Assembly: GCA_016195715.1 (NCBI GenBank) | Contig: JACPZA010000032.1 | Coordinates: 1 to 59,012, forward strand | Reading direction: 5' to 3' | Length of the DNA stretch: 59,012 bases | Origin: Candidatus Daviesbacteria bacterium | GTDB taxonomy: Bacteria > Patescibacteriota > Microgenomatia > Daviesbacterales > UBA10151 | Shown: positions 35,659-47,362 of the stretch, one piece after another | How the letters are laid out: the number at the start of each line of letters is the position of its first letter | Numbering within the stretch: the first letter of the stretch is position 1 | The notes under the pieces: generated by a model | What the model was told of the DNA's origin: nothing | The model's input: the letters and a program-made list of their open reading frames with translations, nothing else | Database searches by the model: none | Made by a program: the position numbers and the translations under genes

Positions 35659-37208
35659 TAGTCTATGTATTCTCTTAATTTGCATGCTTGAGCTGGTAGG
35701 CGTAATGCAGTGAATGCCTCAGATTCAATTTGTCTAACTCTTTCTCTTGAAACACCTAATTCTTCTCCAACTTCGCCTAAAGTTCTTTCTCTGCCATCAA
35801 TTAAACCATATCTCAGGCGAATAACTGCTCTTTGTCTAGGAGTTAAAGAGTCTAGAACATCCGCTAACTCATCCCTTAGCCTTCTTTTCGTGACAAGCTC
35901 TACCACGGTGGGCGCATTGCGATCCGCAAGCAGATCAGCCCAAGTTAAATCATCTTGTTCTTTAATTGGAGCGTCTAAAGAAACTGTTTGTTTCTTTGCT
36001 GCCCTTATTTTAGTAATTTGCTCTAGAGTAGTGTCTAAAGCTTTGGCTAACTCCTGATTAGTTGGATTTCTGCCTAATGCTCCTCTAAGTTGACTTTCTG
36101 CACCACCTAGCTTACCAATGGCTTCTACCATATGGACTGGTATTCTAATAGTTCGGGATTTTTCCGCTATAGCTCTTGTAGCAGCTTGTCTGATCCACCA
36201 ATAGGCATAAGTTGAGAATCTATAACCTCGCCTCCAGTCGTATTTTTCAACTGCCCGTCTTAAACCAATATTTCCTTCTTGAACTAGATCTAAAAACTCA
36301 AAACCTCGTCCTAAATATTTTCTAGCTACTGATATAACAAGTCTTAAGTTACTTTCAGTTAATCTCCTTCTGGCCTCATCAGATAAGTTTACATATTCTG
36401 CTAATTGCATATTCTGAGATTGATCTAGACCTGCTCCAGCTAATTGAATTCTAGCTGTTTCACCAATTTCAATAGTCTTAGCTAAAGCAACCTCTTGTTC
36501 AGCTGTTAAAAGCGGAGCTTGTGATGCATCTCTTAAATATAAAGCCGCAATATCACCTGGGTCATCTTCTGGAAGGTTACTTAAGCTAAATTCGCGCTCT
36601 AGTGCTTGTAATTCTTCAGAGTTTGGTTCATCCTCTGCTAGTTCTAAATCATCATTTTCTTGATCAAAACCATTTAAAGATTGACTATGTAACTCTTCAG
36701 CAGGTATTTTTCTTAATAGAGAGGTCAGGGTTAGTTTTTCTATACCATTTTTATGATCAACATGATCTCCTAAAAACCAAGCTCGTAATAAAGCGACATC
36801 TTCAGGCAGGTCTGAAGGATTTAGATCATCTAATTTTAATTTCTCATAACCATCCATAATGCCTTTTAAAATATTAGATCCATTTGTGGTTCTGCTGGAT
36901 CTAACTAAACGTTGGTTATTATAAGTTTCTATTAGAGAACCATGGAAATCCCGGACGATGTCATCAATTGTTGGATAGTAATAGTCGCCTTCATCATTAC
37001 TAGATGCTGCAGCGACAAAGCTCAAAAGTCCGTATGGTGTATAGCCTCTTCTTTTTCTGGCTAGTAAGATAGTATTTTTTAGTTCAGGCGCCTTTATATC
37101 AAAAATTGTCGGTAAAATCCTAAGCGGACTAAGCTTAGTTGAACTTACAGCATCAGCTATATAAGCTGCTAGTCTTGGTGGATATAGCCTCTCATGCACT
37201 AGTGACAT
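35658..37208 (-). CDS. RpoD-like sigma70 factor with atypical N-terminal extension
   Basis: Region 1.2 LYLRD..PLLT, NLRLVISVA, DLVQEGNIGL, FSTYAYWWIRQA, RTIRIPVH and region 4 TLGEVG..VSRERVRQIE. Confidence 0.93.
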   Translation of the reverse strand: MSLVHERLYPPRLAAYIADAVSSTKLSPLRILPTIFDIKAPELKNTILLARKRRGYTPYGLLSFVAAASSNDEGDYYYPTIDDIVRDFHGSLIETYNNQRLVRSSRTTNGSNILKGIMDGYEKLKLDDLNPSDLPEDVALLRAWFLGDHVDHKNGIEKLTLTSLLRKIPAEELHSQSLNGFDQENDDLELAEDEPNSEELQALEREFSLSNLPEDDPGDIAALYLRDASQAPLLTAEQEVALAKTIEIGETARIQLAGAGLDQSQNMQLAEYVNLSDEARRRLTESNLRLVISVARKYLGRGFEFLDLVQEGNIGLRRAVEKYDWRRGYRFSTYAYWWIRQAATRAIAEKSRTIRIPVHMVEAIGKLGGAESQLRGALGRNPTNQELAKALDTTLEQITKIRAAKKQTVSLDAPIKEQDDLTWADLLADRNAPTVVELVTKRRLRDELADVLDSLTPRQRAVIRLRYGLIDGRERTLGEVGEELGVSRERVRQIESEAFTALRLPAQACKLREYID

Positions 37209-37217
37209 CAGTCCTAA

Positions 37218-37246
37218 ATTATAGGGTATTATTTGCCCGCAGTCAA
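37218..37246 (-). promoter_or_regulatory. Promoter of the sigma factor gene, TTGACT-17-TATAAT
   Basis: Near-consensus hexamers, 9 nt upstream of the ATG. Confidence 0.7.
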
Positions 37247-37272
37247 AATTTTTAATGATATGTTAATATTAT

Positions 37273-38247
37273 TTGGTGCAAGTTGTATCTGGCGAATTTG
37301 TTAAAAACAAACGGGTTCTCCTTAGAATGGATCTAGATGTTCCCATTCAAAATGGGGTAATCCAAGAAGAATATCGCCTTATGGCAGGTTTGCCGACTTT
37401 AGAACTTTGCTTGCAAAATGCAGCATCAGTGGTAGTTTGTGGTCATATTGGAAGGCCCTTAGGTAAAGAAGTTAAAGAGTTATCAGTTGCTCCAATTGTT
37501 AATTTTTTTGAAGATTGGTACTGTGATTTAGAGTTACCTCAAGGTAGATTTCATGTTTTAGAAAACTTGCGCTTTGAAGCAGGAGAAGATAGCGGCGATT
37601 TAAATTTTGCTAAAGAATTAGCTGCTTACGGCGATGTTTATGTTTATGAGGCTTTTGCTACTCATAGAAGCGCTGCCTCCACTACAATTGTTCCAACCTT
37701 AATTCCTTCAGCTGCAGGCTTGCGCTTTGCTAAAGAAGTTGAAGTTTTACTGTCTTTAAAAAACAATCCCAAAAAACCCTTGGTGGCAATTATTGGTGGT
37801 GCTAAAGTAGAGGATAAATATCCAGCAGTCGTAGCTTTGTCTAAGTTTTGTGATGCAGTCATGGTTGGGGGATTGCTGGCTAAGCAAGTTAAAGAGCAGG
37901 ATTTGCAAATTTCTAAAAATGTTTTACTGGGAAAAATAGCAGAAAATGGGATTGATATTGATCAATCAACCATTGAAGCTTTTGCAGGAGTTATAAAGCA
38001 TGCTAAACAAGTCATTTGGGCAGGTCCAGTTGGTAAATATGAAGATCCGCAAGGTAATAAAGGAAATATAGGTTTAGCTCAAGCTGTCATAGATTCAGGG
38101 GCAGAGTCAATTATTGGTGGCGGAGATAGTATTGCCGCATTAGAGCAGTTTCTAGATAAATTTAGCTTTGTTTCAACTGGTGGAGGAGCAATGTTAAAGC
38201 TATTAATTGATGGCACACTACCAACCATCGAAGCTCTAAATCGTTGA
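37273..38247 (+). CDS. pgk: Phosphoglycerate kinase, unusually short (324 aa)
   Basis: GHIGRP, LENLRF, IIGGAKVEDK, WAGPVG, GGGDS and VSTGGGA motifs. Confidence 0.9.
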   Translation: MVQVVSGEFVKNKRVLLRMDLDVPIQNGVIQEEYRLMAGLPTLELCLQNAASVVVCGHIGRPLGKEVKELSVAPIVNFFEDWYCDLELPQGRFHVLENLRFEAGEDSGDLNFAKELAAYGDVYVYEAFATHRSAASTTIVPTLIPSAAGLRFAKEVEVLLSLKNNPKKPLVAIIGGAKVEDKYPAVVALSKFCDAVMVGGLLAKQVKEQDLQISKNVLLGKIAENGIDIDQSTIEAFAGVIKHAKQVIWAGPVGKYEDPQGNKGNIGLAQAVIDSGAESIIGGGDSIAALEQFLDKFSFVSTGGGAMLKLLIDGTLPTIEALNR

Positions 38248-38279
38248 CAGCAATTCTTTTAAAGTAGTTTACTTATATT

Positions 38280-40685
38280 ATGCCCAGAACTTCAGAGCGA
38301 GGCATTGCTCATCTAATTATCTTATTAATAGTTCTAGTCGGAATTGTTATTGGGGTTTATTTAAGTTTACATCCAACTTTTTTTCTACCTAAAGCCACCC
38401 AACCCAACTTAGCTGAGTCTACTAAATATGGAGTAAACGCTGGTGGAGTAGCCCAATCAGATCCGAAACTAAATGAAGCCTTAAGCTTAGCTTCAAGTGC
38501 TGGCATTGGTTGGATTAGAACTGGAGGCTGTAGCTGGGGTGATGTTTTAAGTAAGGATCCAGGACTTAGCTCTCCAACGCCAACCTCTCCTTGGCCAGCG
38601 GATATTTATCATTTTAGTGGTTGTGATTCTTTTATTAATAATATTGTTAACAATAACCACTTATCACTTTTAACTAACTTTTTTTATTCAACCCCTTGGT
38701 GCACCGCCTCACCTAAAGAAGGAGAATTGAATATCTTAACCAATAAACCAATTGAGGGAGCTGAGGTAGTTAAAGCTGAGCCTTGTGATTACAACAAATT
38801 CTATGATTTTGTCTATAAATTAGTAGCTAGATATGGTTCAACTGCTCACCCAGAACTAGGTTCTGATTATGGCAAAGGTTGGATTAAATATTTTGAAATT
38901 GGTAATGAGCCTGATGGGTCAAGCGGTATGTTGTATTACACTTTTGGTTCACCATCAGCAACAGTCGCACCCTCAGATACGGAAAGAAAAGTAAATATCT
39001 CCTCCCATTATGCTCATATTGTCCAAGTTGCTCATGATGCTATTAAAGCAGCAGATCCTAGCTCTCAAGTTGTATTAGGTGGGTTAATTCAAACTGTAAT
39101 TGGCGGTTCTGATCAACAGTCCACTCACCCAGATGATAATCTGCTTGATCAAATCTTAAACAACCCACCTTACAACAGCGCTCCTTACGACAATCCATAT
39201 CCTGCTGCAAATAACTTTGATATTATGAACTTTCATTGTTATTGCCCAACTTCAACTGCTTCTACAAAACTTACTCAAATTTATGATTCTTTAAAGCAAG
39301 CTGGGGTAGCTAACAAACCAATCTGGGTAACTGAAGTAGGGAGTGGGACAATAGCTGGTCAAACAGTCAGTAGTTTTCCCTGCACTGGCCAACCCGATTC
39401 TAGCGAATGTCAGCAGTCTCAAGCTAATTATTTAAAAGAGATTCTTCCGTACTTTTTAAATGGTACAACTGCCTCTGATGGAACAAAAGTCTCGGCAGAT
39501 AAAGTTTTTTGGTATTCTTTGCTTGATTCTCCAAAAGATGATAGCTCATTTTGTAGCTATGGACTAACTTGGTATGGTTCAACTGATTTTCAATGTGGTG
39601 CGCCGTCAAATCCAAGCAGTTTACCAAATCTGGTTAGCAAACTGGCCTATGCTACTTATCAGAGTTTAATTTTAGGAATTTCACCTCCACCAACTCCTAG
39701 CCCAAAGCCTAGCCTGACTCCAACCCCAGCCCCTAATAATCAAACTAGCTTTAGTCTACAACCTAACGTAGGAACTTATGCTTTAGCTAATCAACTACCA
39801 GTCTCATTACTTGCTAGAGCAGATCAATATAACTCTAATTTATTTGTAGCTAAGATGCATTTTTCTACTAGCACACTTCAAGTTAGTAGTATTAGTTTTA
39901 ATGGTACATTTATTAGACAACAAATTGAGAAAAGCTTTGATAATGTGGCTGGCACAATCTCAATTATTGGTGGGTTTGCAAATCCTGGTTTTAAAACCAG
40001 TGGTGCTCCAGCTTTAATGGCTACAATTAATTTTACCCCTAAAACTACTGGTTCTGGTTCAATTAGTTTTGATCCAAGCTCAAGCATTTTTAGGAATTCT
40101 GATAATGTAAATATTTTAAATTTATCTTTAACAACTGGAGGAAACTATACTTTCAGCTCCGGTGTTCAGCCAACTTCCACACCAACACCCACTCCAAGTC
40201 CTAGCTCTCTTCCAAGATCTACCCCAACTCCTACCCCAACCTCAGCTTCTTCCTTGTTCTCAACTTCCACTCCAACACCCACCCCGACTCAATTTAACTT
40301 TTTTCAAGGAGGAGATCAGACTTCAACTTCAACTCCAACTCCAACCGATGCATCTTTCATAGTTAATAATTTTACTCCAACACCCACACCAACTACTTCG
40401 GATAATTTCTTTATCCCTCCAACACCTACACCAACTTCTACTGCTAATTTCTTAGCCCCCACATCCACCCCAACCAGCGTTAAAGTTTCTTTAAAACCAT
40501 CTTCTTCTCCTAAAGCTCCTGTTTCTTTATCACCATTTGTTTTTAAACCATTACAAACTCCAGCTCCTTTAGTTAGACCAACACCTACTCCTAAACCACA
40601 ACTTAATCCTATTCAAGAAATCTTAGTAGGTATTGAATCATTCTTTTCTTCAATACTAAATATCTTTACCTCACCTTTTAAATAA
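38280..40685 (+). CDS. Clan GH-A glycoside hydrolase (GH39/GH5-like) with cohesin-like domain and Pro/Thr repeats
   Basis: IGNEPD (acid/base), MNFHCY, WVTEVG (nucleophile); N-terminal ERG|IAHL plus hydrophobic helix. Confidence 0.75.
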   Translation: MPRTSERGIAHLIILLIVLVGIVIGVYLSLHPTFFLPKATQPNLAESTKYGVNAGGVAQSDPKLNEALSLASSAGIGWIRTGGCSWGDVLSKDPGLSSPTPTSPWPADIYHFSGCDSFINNIVNNNHLSLLTNFFYSTPWCTASPKEGELNILTNKPIEGAEVVKAEPCDYNKFYDFVYKLVARYGSTAHPELGSDYGKGWIKYFEIGNEPDGSSGMLYYTFGSPSATVAPSDTERKVNISSHYAHIVQVAHDAIKAADPSSQVVLGGLIQTVIGGSDQQSTHPDDNLLDQILNNPPYNSAPYDNPYPAANNFDIMNFHCYCPTSTASTKLTQIYDSLKQAGVANKPIWVTEVGSGTIAGQTVSSFPCTGQPDSSECQQSQANYLKEILPYFLNGTTASDGTKVSADKVFWYSLLDSPKDDSSFCSYGLTWYGSTDFQCGAPSNPSSLPNLVSKLAYATYQSLILGISPPPTPSPKPSLTPTPAPNNQTSFSLQPNVGTYALANQLPVSLLARADQYNSNLFVAKMHFSTSTLQVSSISFNGTFIRQQIEKSFDNVAGTISIIGGFANPGFKTSGAPALMATINFTPKTTGSGSISFDPSSSIFRNSDNVNILNLSLTTGGNYTFSSGVQPTSTPTPTPSPSSLPRSTPTPTPTSASSLFSTSTPTPTPTQFNFFQGGDQTSTSTPTPTDASFIVNNFTPTPTPTTSDNFFIPPTPTPTSTANFLAPTSTPTSVKVSLKPSSSPKAPVSLSPFVFKPLQTPAPLVRPTPTPKPQLNPIQEILVGIESFFSSILNIFTSPFK

Positions 40686-40721
40686 TTGACATAACTTTTT
40701 TGAAGTGTTCTACTTGAGTTA

Positions 40722-42524
40722 ATGCCTAAATTAAATCAAGCTGGGGGAATGCCACTTTTAGTTCTACTTTCTGTAGTTGGAATAATTATTTTTTTAGTAG
40801 TCTCATCAACTGCTTCTTTTAAAGATAAATTGTTTGGTAATTTATATCAAAAACCTCAATCATTAGGTGCAACCAGTGGAGATAAATATGGAGTTAATGC
40901 TGGTGGAGTAGTCCAAAATGATCCTCAATATAATAGTGCCCTAGCTTTAGCATCAACTGCTGGTATTGGTTGGTTAAGAACTGGGGGTTGCGCTTGGGGT
41001 ACAGTTTTAGCCAGTGACCCTGGCGGATCTCCACCTTATCCAGCCAGTAAGTACAACTGGAATAACTGTGATTCTTTTATTAATAATATTGTTAACAATA
41101 ACCACCTATCACTTTTAACTAACTTCTTTTATTCCACCCCTTGGTGTACTGCTTCACCTCCTCAGGATTCAACTAATATTATTACTGGTCAAGCTATTGA
41201 TGGAGCAGCTGTGGTTAAAGCCGAACCATGTGATTATGAAAAATTTAAAGATTTTGTGACTAAACTGGTGGCTAGATATGGCTATACCGCCCACCCGGAA
41301 TATGGATCTGATTATGGTAAGGGCTGGGTTAAATATTGGGAGATAGGCAATGAACCAGATGGTTCTGGAGCAATGCTTTACTATACAGCTGGTTCACCCC
41401 CGCCAACAGTAGCTCCAACTGATACAGAAAGAGAAGTAAATATCTCCTCACATTATGCTCATATTGTCCAAGTTGCTCATGATGCTATTAAAGCAGCAGA
41501 TCCTAGCTCTCAAGTTGTATTAGGAGGGATGATTCTACCGGTTAGTGGTGGTTCAGATCAACAAACTAATCATCCTGACAATAATTTATTAGATCAGATC
41601 TTAAAAAATCCACCATATAATGTTCCCCCATATGATCAATCCAATCCGGCTGCAAATAACTTTGATATTATGAACTTTCATTGTTATTGCCCAACTTCAA
41701 CTGCTTCTACAAAACTTACTCAAATTTATAACTCTCTTAAAACAGCTGGGGTAGGGAGTAAACCTATCTGGATAACTGAGGTGGGTAGTGGTACTAAAAA
41801 TGGTCAAACTACCTCAGGTTATTCTTGCCCATCCGGTCAAGATAATTCAACTACTTGTCAGCAGTCTCAAGCTAATTATCTAACCACGATTGTTCCTTAT
41901 TTTTTAAATGGTGTAACAGCTTCAGATGGAACTTTAGTTAAAGCGGATAAAGTTTTTTGGTACTCTTTATTTGATTCTCCCGCTGATAGTAGTGGGTTTT
42001 GTAGTTATGGATTAGTTTGGTATGGAGCATCAAATTTTCAATGTGGGGTTTATCCAAATCCTACTCCTAATCCACTGCCAACTTTGGCTACTAAATTATC
42101 CTTTGCTAGTTATCAAAGCTTAATTGGTCCAAGTGTTACTTCAACTCCCACCCCAACTCCAACTAGCTCTTTACTTGCAACTCCAACCCCAGATACTGGT
42201 TTAATTGCTAGCCCAACACCCACGCCCACAGCTGGTAATTTATCTGGTTTTGTAAGTGATTCGACAAATCCTAATTCAACAACTAATCCTAATGCTCCTG
42301 CAGATAGTCAAACTAACTCAGCTTCAGCTACTGCTACACCTGTTCCATCTCCTACCCCAGCCTCGTTTATTTTCTTACCAAATTTAGGAAATTTGTCTTT
42401 TACCAGATCTGGTGACTCGAGTGATTCAGGTTTACCTAAAGCCTCAATTACTGATTTGATACCAGCAGTAGGTCAATTCTTTAAAACCTTAAGTAGTTTT
42501 GTTAACTCTATTATCAAAAGATAA
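40722..42524 (+). CDS. Tandem paralog GH-A glycoside hydrolase with Ser/Thr/Pro tail
   Basis: WEIGNEPD and WITEVG; clear homology to 38280..40685. Confidence 0.75.
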   Translation: MPKLNQAGGMPLLVLLSVVGIIIFLVVSSTASFKDKLFGNLYQKPQSLGATSGDKYGVNAGGVVQNDPQYNSALALASTAGIGWLRTGGCAWGTVLASDPGGSPPYPASKYNWNNCDSFINNIVNNNHLSLLTNFFYSTPWCTASPPQDSTNIITGQAIDGAAVVKAEPCDYEKFKDFVTKLVARYGYTAHPEYGSDYGKGWVKYWEIGNEPDGSGAMLYYTAGSPPPTVAPTDTEREVNISSHYAHIVQVAHDAIKAADPSSQVVLGGMILPVSGGSDQQTNHPDNNLLDQILKNPPYNVPPYDQSNPAANNFDIMNFHCYCPTSTASTKLTQIYNSLKTAGVGSKPIWITEVGSGTKNGQTTSGYSCPSGQDNSTTCQQSQANYLTTIVPYFLNGVTASDGTLVKADKVFWYSLFDSPADSSGFCSYGLVWYGASNFQCGVYPNPTPNPLPTLATKLSFASYQSLIGPSVTSTPTPTPTSSLLATPTPDTGLIASPTPTPTAGNLSGFVSDSTNPNSTTNPNAPADSQTNSASATATPVPSPTPASFIFLPNLGNLSFTRSGDSSDSGLPKASITDLIPAVGQFFKTLSSFVNSIIKR

Positions 42525-42567
42525 TTTGGGGTATTTATTTTTTAATTAATTTGGTAATATCTTATTT

Positions 42568-43587
42568 ATGCTTCGTGTTGCTATAAATGGGTTTGGTAGA
42601 ATAGGGAGAAACGCTTTTAAAGTAGCTTTAGATAAACATTCAGAAAATTTAGAAATTGTTGCCATCAATGATCTAACTTCCCCCCAAGTTTTAGCGCATC
42701 TTTTAAAATATGACAGTGCTTATCGAACTTGGGATAAAGAAGTTAGCAGTGATGAACAAAATATCATTGTTGATGGTAAAAAGTACCCAATATTAAAAGA
42801 ATTAGATCCTGCAAAGCTCCCATGGACTCAATATAATGTTGATGTAGTCATTGAATCTACTGGCCGGTTTGCCAAACAAGAAGATATGAATTTACATTTG
42901 CAAGCTGGAGCTAAAAAAGTGGTTTTGTCTGCACCAGCCAAGGGTGGTGGAGTTGGAACTTTTTTAGTGGGAGTAAATGCAGATAAATACAATGGAGAAA
43001 ATTTAGTTAATAATGCATCTTGTACCACAAACTGTATTGCTCCAGTTGCAGCTGTCATGCATTCTAAATTTGGGGTAGCTAAAGCTTTAATGACTACAGT
43101 TCACTCTGTTACAGCTGAACAAAACTTAGTTGATGGACCACCACCTGGTGGAAAGTCCAATGATTTGCGTCGAGCCAGAGCCGCTTATGCTAACATTATT
43201 CCCACCACTACCGGTGCAGCTATTTCTACAACTGAGGTTATTCCAGAACTAAAGGGGTTATTTGATGGAGTTGCTTTAAGAGTACCAACAATCGTTGGAT
43301 CTTTATCTGATTTTACATTTTTACTTAAGAAAAAAACTAGCATTGAAGAGATTAATCAAGCAATTAAAGAGGCTTGCAATGATCCTCGCTGGCAAGGGAT
43401 TTTGGCTTGGAGCGAAGAACCTTTAGTCTCATCTGATATTATAGGTAGGTCAGAATCAGCCATAGTTGATCTATCTTTAACTCAAGTAGTGGATGGGGAT
43501 TTAGTTAAAATTTTTGCTTGGTATGATAATGAATGGGGCTATTCTAATAGGCTAATTGAGATGGTGATTAATATATCTAAAAAGTAA
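42568..43587 (+). CDS. gap: Type I glyceraldehyde-3-phosphate dehydrogenase
   Basis: INGFGRIGR, NASCTTNC, RRAR, PTTTGAA and WYDNEWGYS motifs. Confidence 0.97.
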   Translation: MLRVAINGFGRIGRNAFKVALDKHSENLEIVAINDLTSPQVLAHLLKYDSAYRTWDKEVSSDEQNIIVDGKKYPILKELDPAKLPWTQYNVDVVIESTGRFAKQEDMNLHLQAGAKKVVLSAPAKGGGVGTFLVGVNADKYNGENLVNNASCTTNCIAPVAAVMHSKFGVAKALMTTVHSVTAEQNLVDGPPPGGKSNDLRRARAAYANIIPTTTGAAISTTEVIPELKGLFDGVALRVPTIVGSLSDFTFLLKKKTSIEEINQAIKEACNDPRWQGILAWSEEPLVSSDIIGRSESAIVDLSLTQVVDGDLVKIFAWYDNEWGYSNRLIEMVINISKK

Positions 43588-43750
43588 CTCTAGCGCTTGA
43601 CTCCTATCTTTAAGTTTGGTATATTTCAAAAAGTGATTAAACTAGCGAGAAACAACGCCACTTTAAATTAACTTTCCGTGCTTGGGTCTTCCATGCGGAA
43701 GGCTTTCAAGCGTTGCATCCCTCAGATTAAAAAAAATAATAGTTCGGACC

Positions 43751-43823
43751 GGGCCCATGGCTCAGTTGGTAGAGCGCTTCATTTGCAATGAAGAGGTCAG
43801 GAGTTCGAATCTCCTTGGGTCCA
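43751..43823 (+). tRNA. tRNA-Ala(TGC), CCA not encoded
   Basis: Acceptor GGGCCCA/TGGGTCC, anticodon arm CTTCA-TTTGCAA-TGAAG, T-loop TTCGAAT. Confidence 0.94.
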
Positions 43824-43825
43824 CA

Positions 43826-43896
43826 CTTCGCTAAAGCTACGTGTGGCAGGCCACAACGGAGAAGCAAGAAGTGTGCTCCATGTAGTTTTAACGAAG
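43826..43896. repeat. REP-like inverted repeat directly after tRNA-Ala
   Basis: CTTCGCTAAAGCTACG pairs with TGTAGTTTTAACGAAG. Confidence 0.65.
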
Positions 43897-44104
43897 CGGA
43901 GCTATCTATTGGTAAAGAGATAAAGATTTTTAATTTCTTGAAAGTCTCTATCTAGGTACCAAAATCCTATTCTGAACCGGAAGGTTGAGAGCAAAGATCG
44001 GTAAAAAGATTTTTGGAGTTTGTACTTTAAAATGTGAATACGACAATATGAAGGCCAAATTAGTTCACTACTTTTCAAGTAGTAGTGAACAAAAAAAGCC
44101 AAAA

Positions 44105-47053
<2,949 letters not shown>

Positions 47054-47124
47054 GACTTTGGTCATGGTTTTTCTATGACATAGTTGGCTTTCTGAAGTCG
47101 TATTCACATTTTTTTGTACAAACT

Positions 47125-47153
47125 TTGCATTTTGACTTCTAACTTTGTATAAT
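47125..47153 (+). promoter_or_regulatory. Candidate dedicated 5S promoter, TTGCAT-17-TATAAT
   Basis: Predicted start falls at about 47160, the 5S 5' end. Confidence 0.5.
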
Positions 47154-47158
47154 ATGTT

Positions 47159-47274
47159 TCTGGTGGTTTTTGCGAGATGGCCCGACCTGATCCCATCCCG
47201 AACTCAGTAGTCAAACGTCTCAGCGGGGACGATAATGCAGCCTCACGGCTGTGTGAAAATACCTCACTGCCAGA
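47159..47274 (+). rRNA. rrf: 5S rRNA
   Basis: TCTGGTGG/CTGCCAGA terminal stem; CCTGATCCCATCCCGAACTCAG loop C motif. Confidence 0.93.
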
Positions 47275-47282
47275 TTTGAATT

Positions 47283-47312
47283 AAAGGCGAGCCTAAAGCT
47301 CGCCTTTTTCTT
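47283..47312 (+). terminator. rRNA locus terminator
   Basis: AAAGGCGAGC-CTAAA-GCTCGCCTTT followed by T run. Confidence 0.88.
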
Positions 47313-47362
47313 TAATTACCACTTGACAAGAATTTTCTGGGCAAATACTATAAATTAAGAAT

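Noticed and set aside
40140-40600. Tandem DNA repeat or diversity-generating element in the GH C-terminus
   Set aside because: These are codon-degenerate Pro/Thr linker repeats; there is no reverse transcriptase or adenine-specific TR/VR pair.
39006-41729. DGR template/variable repeat pair between GH paralogs
   Set aside because: The patches are identical rather than differing at adenines, and both lie in coding paralogs.
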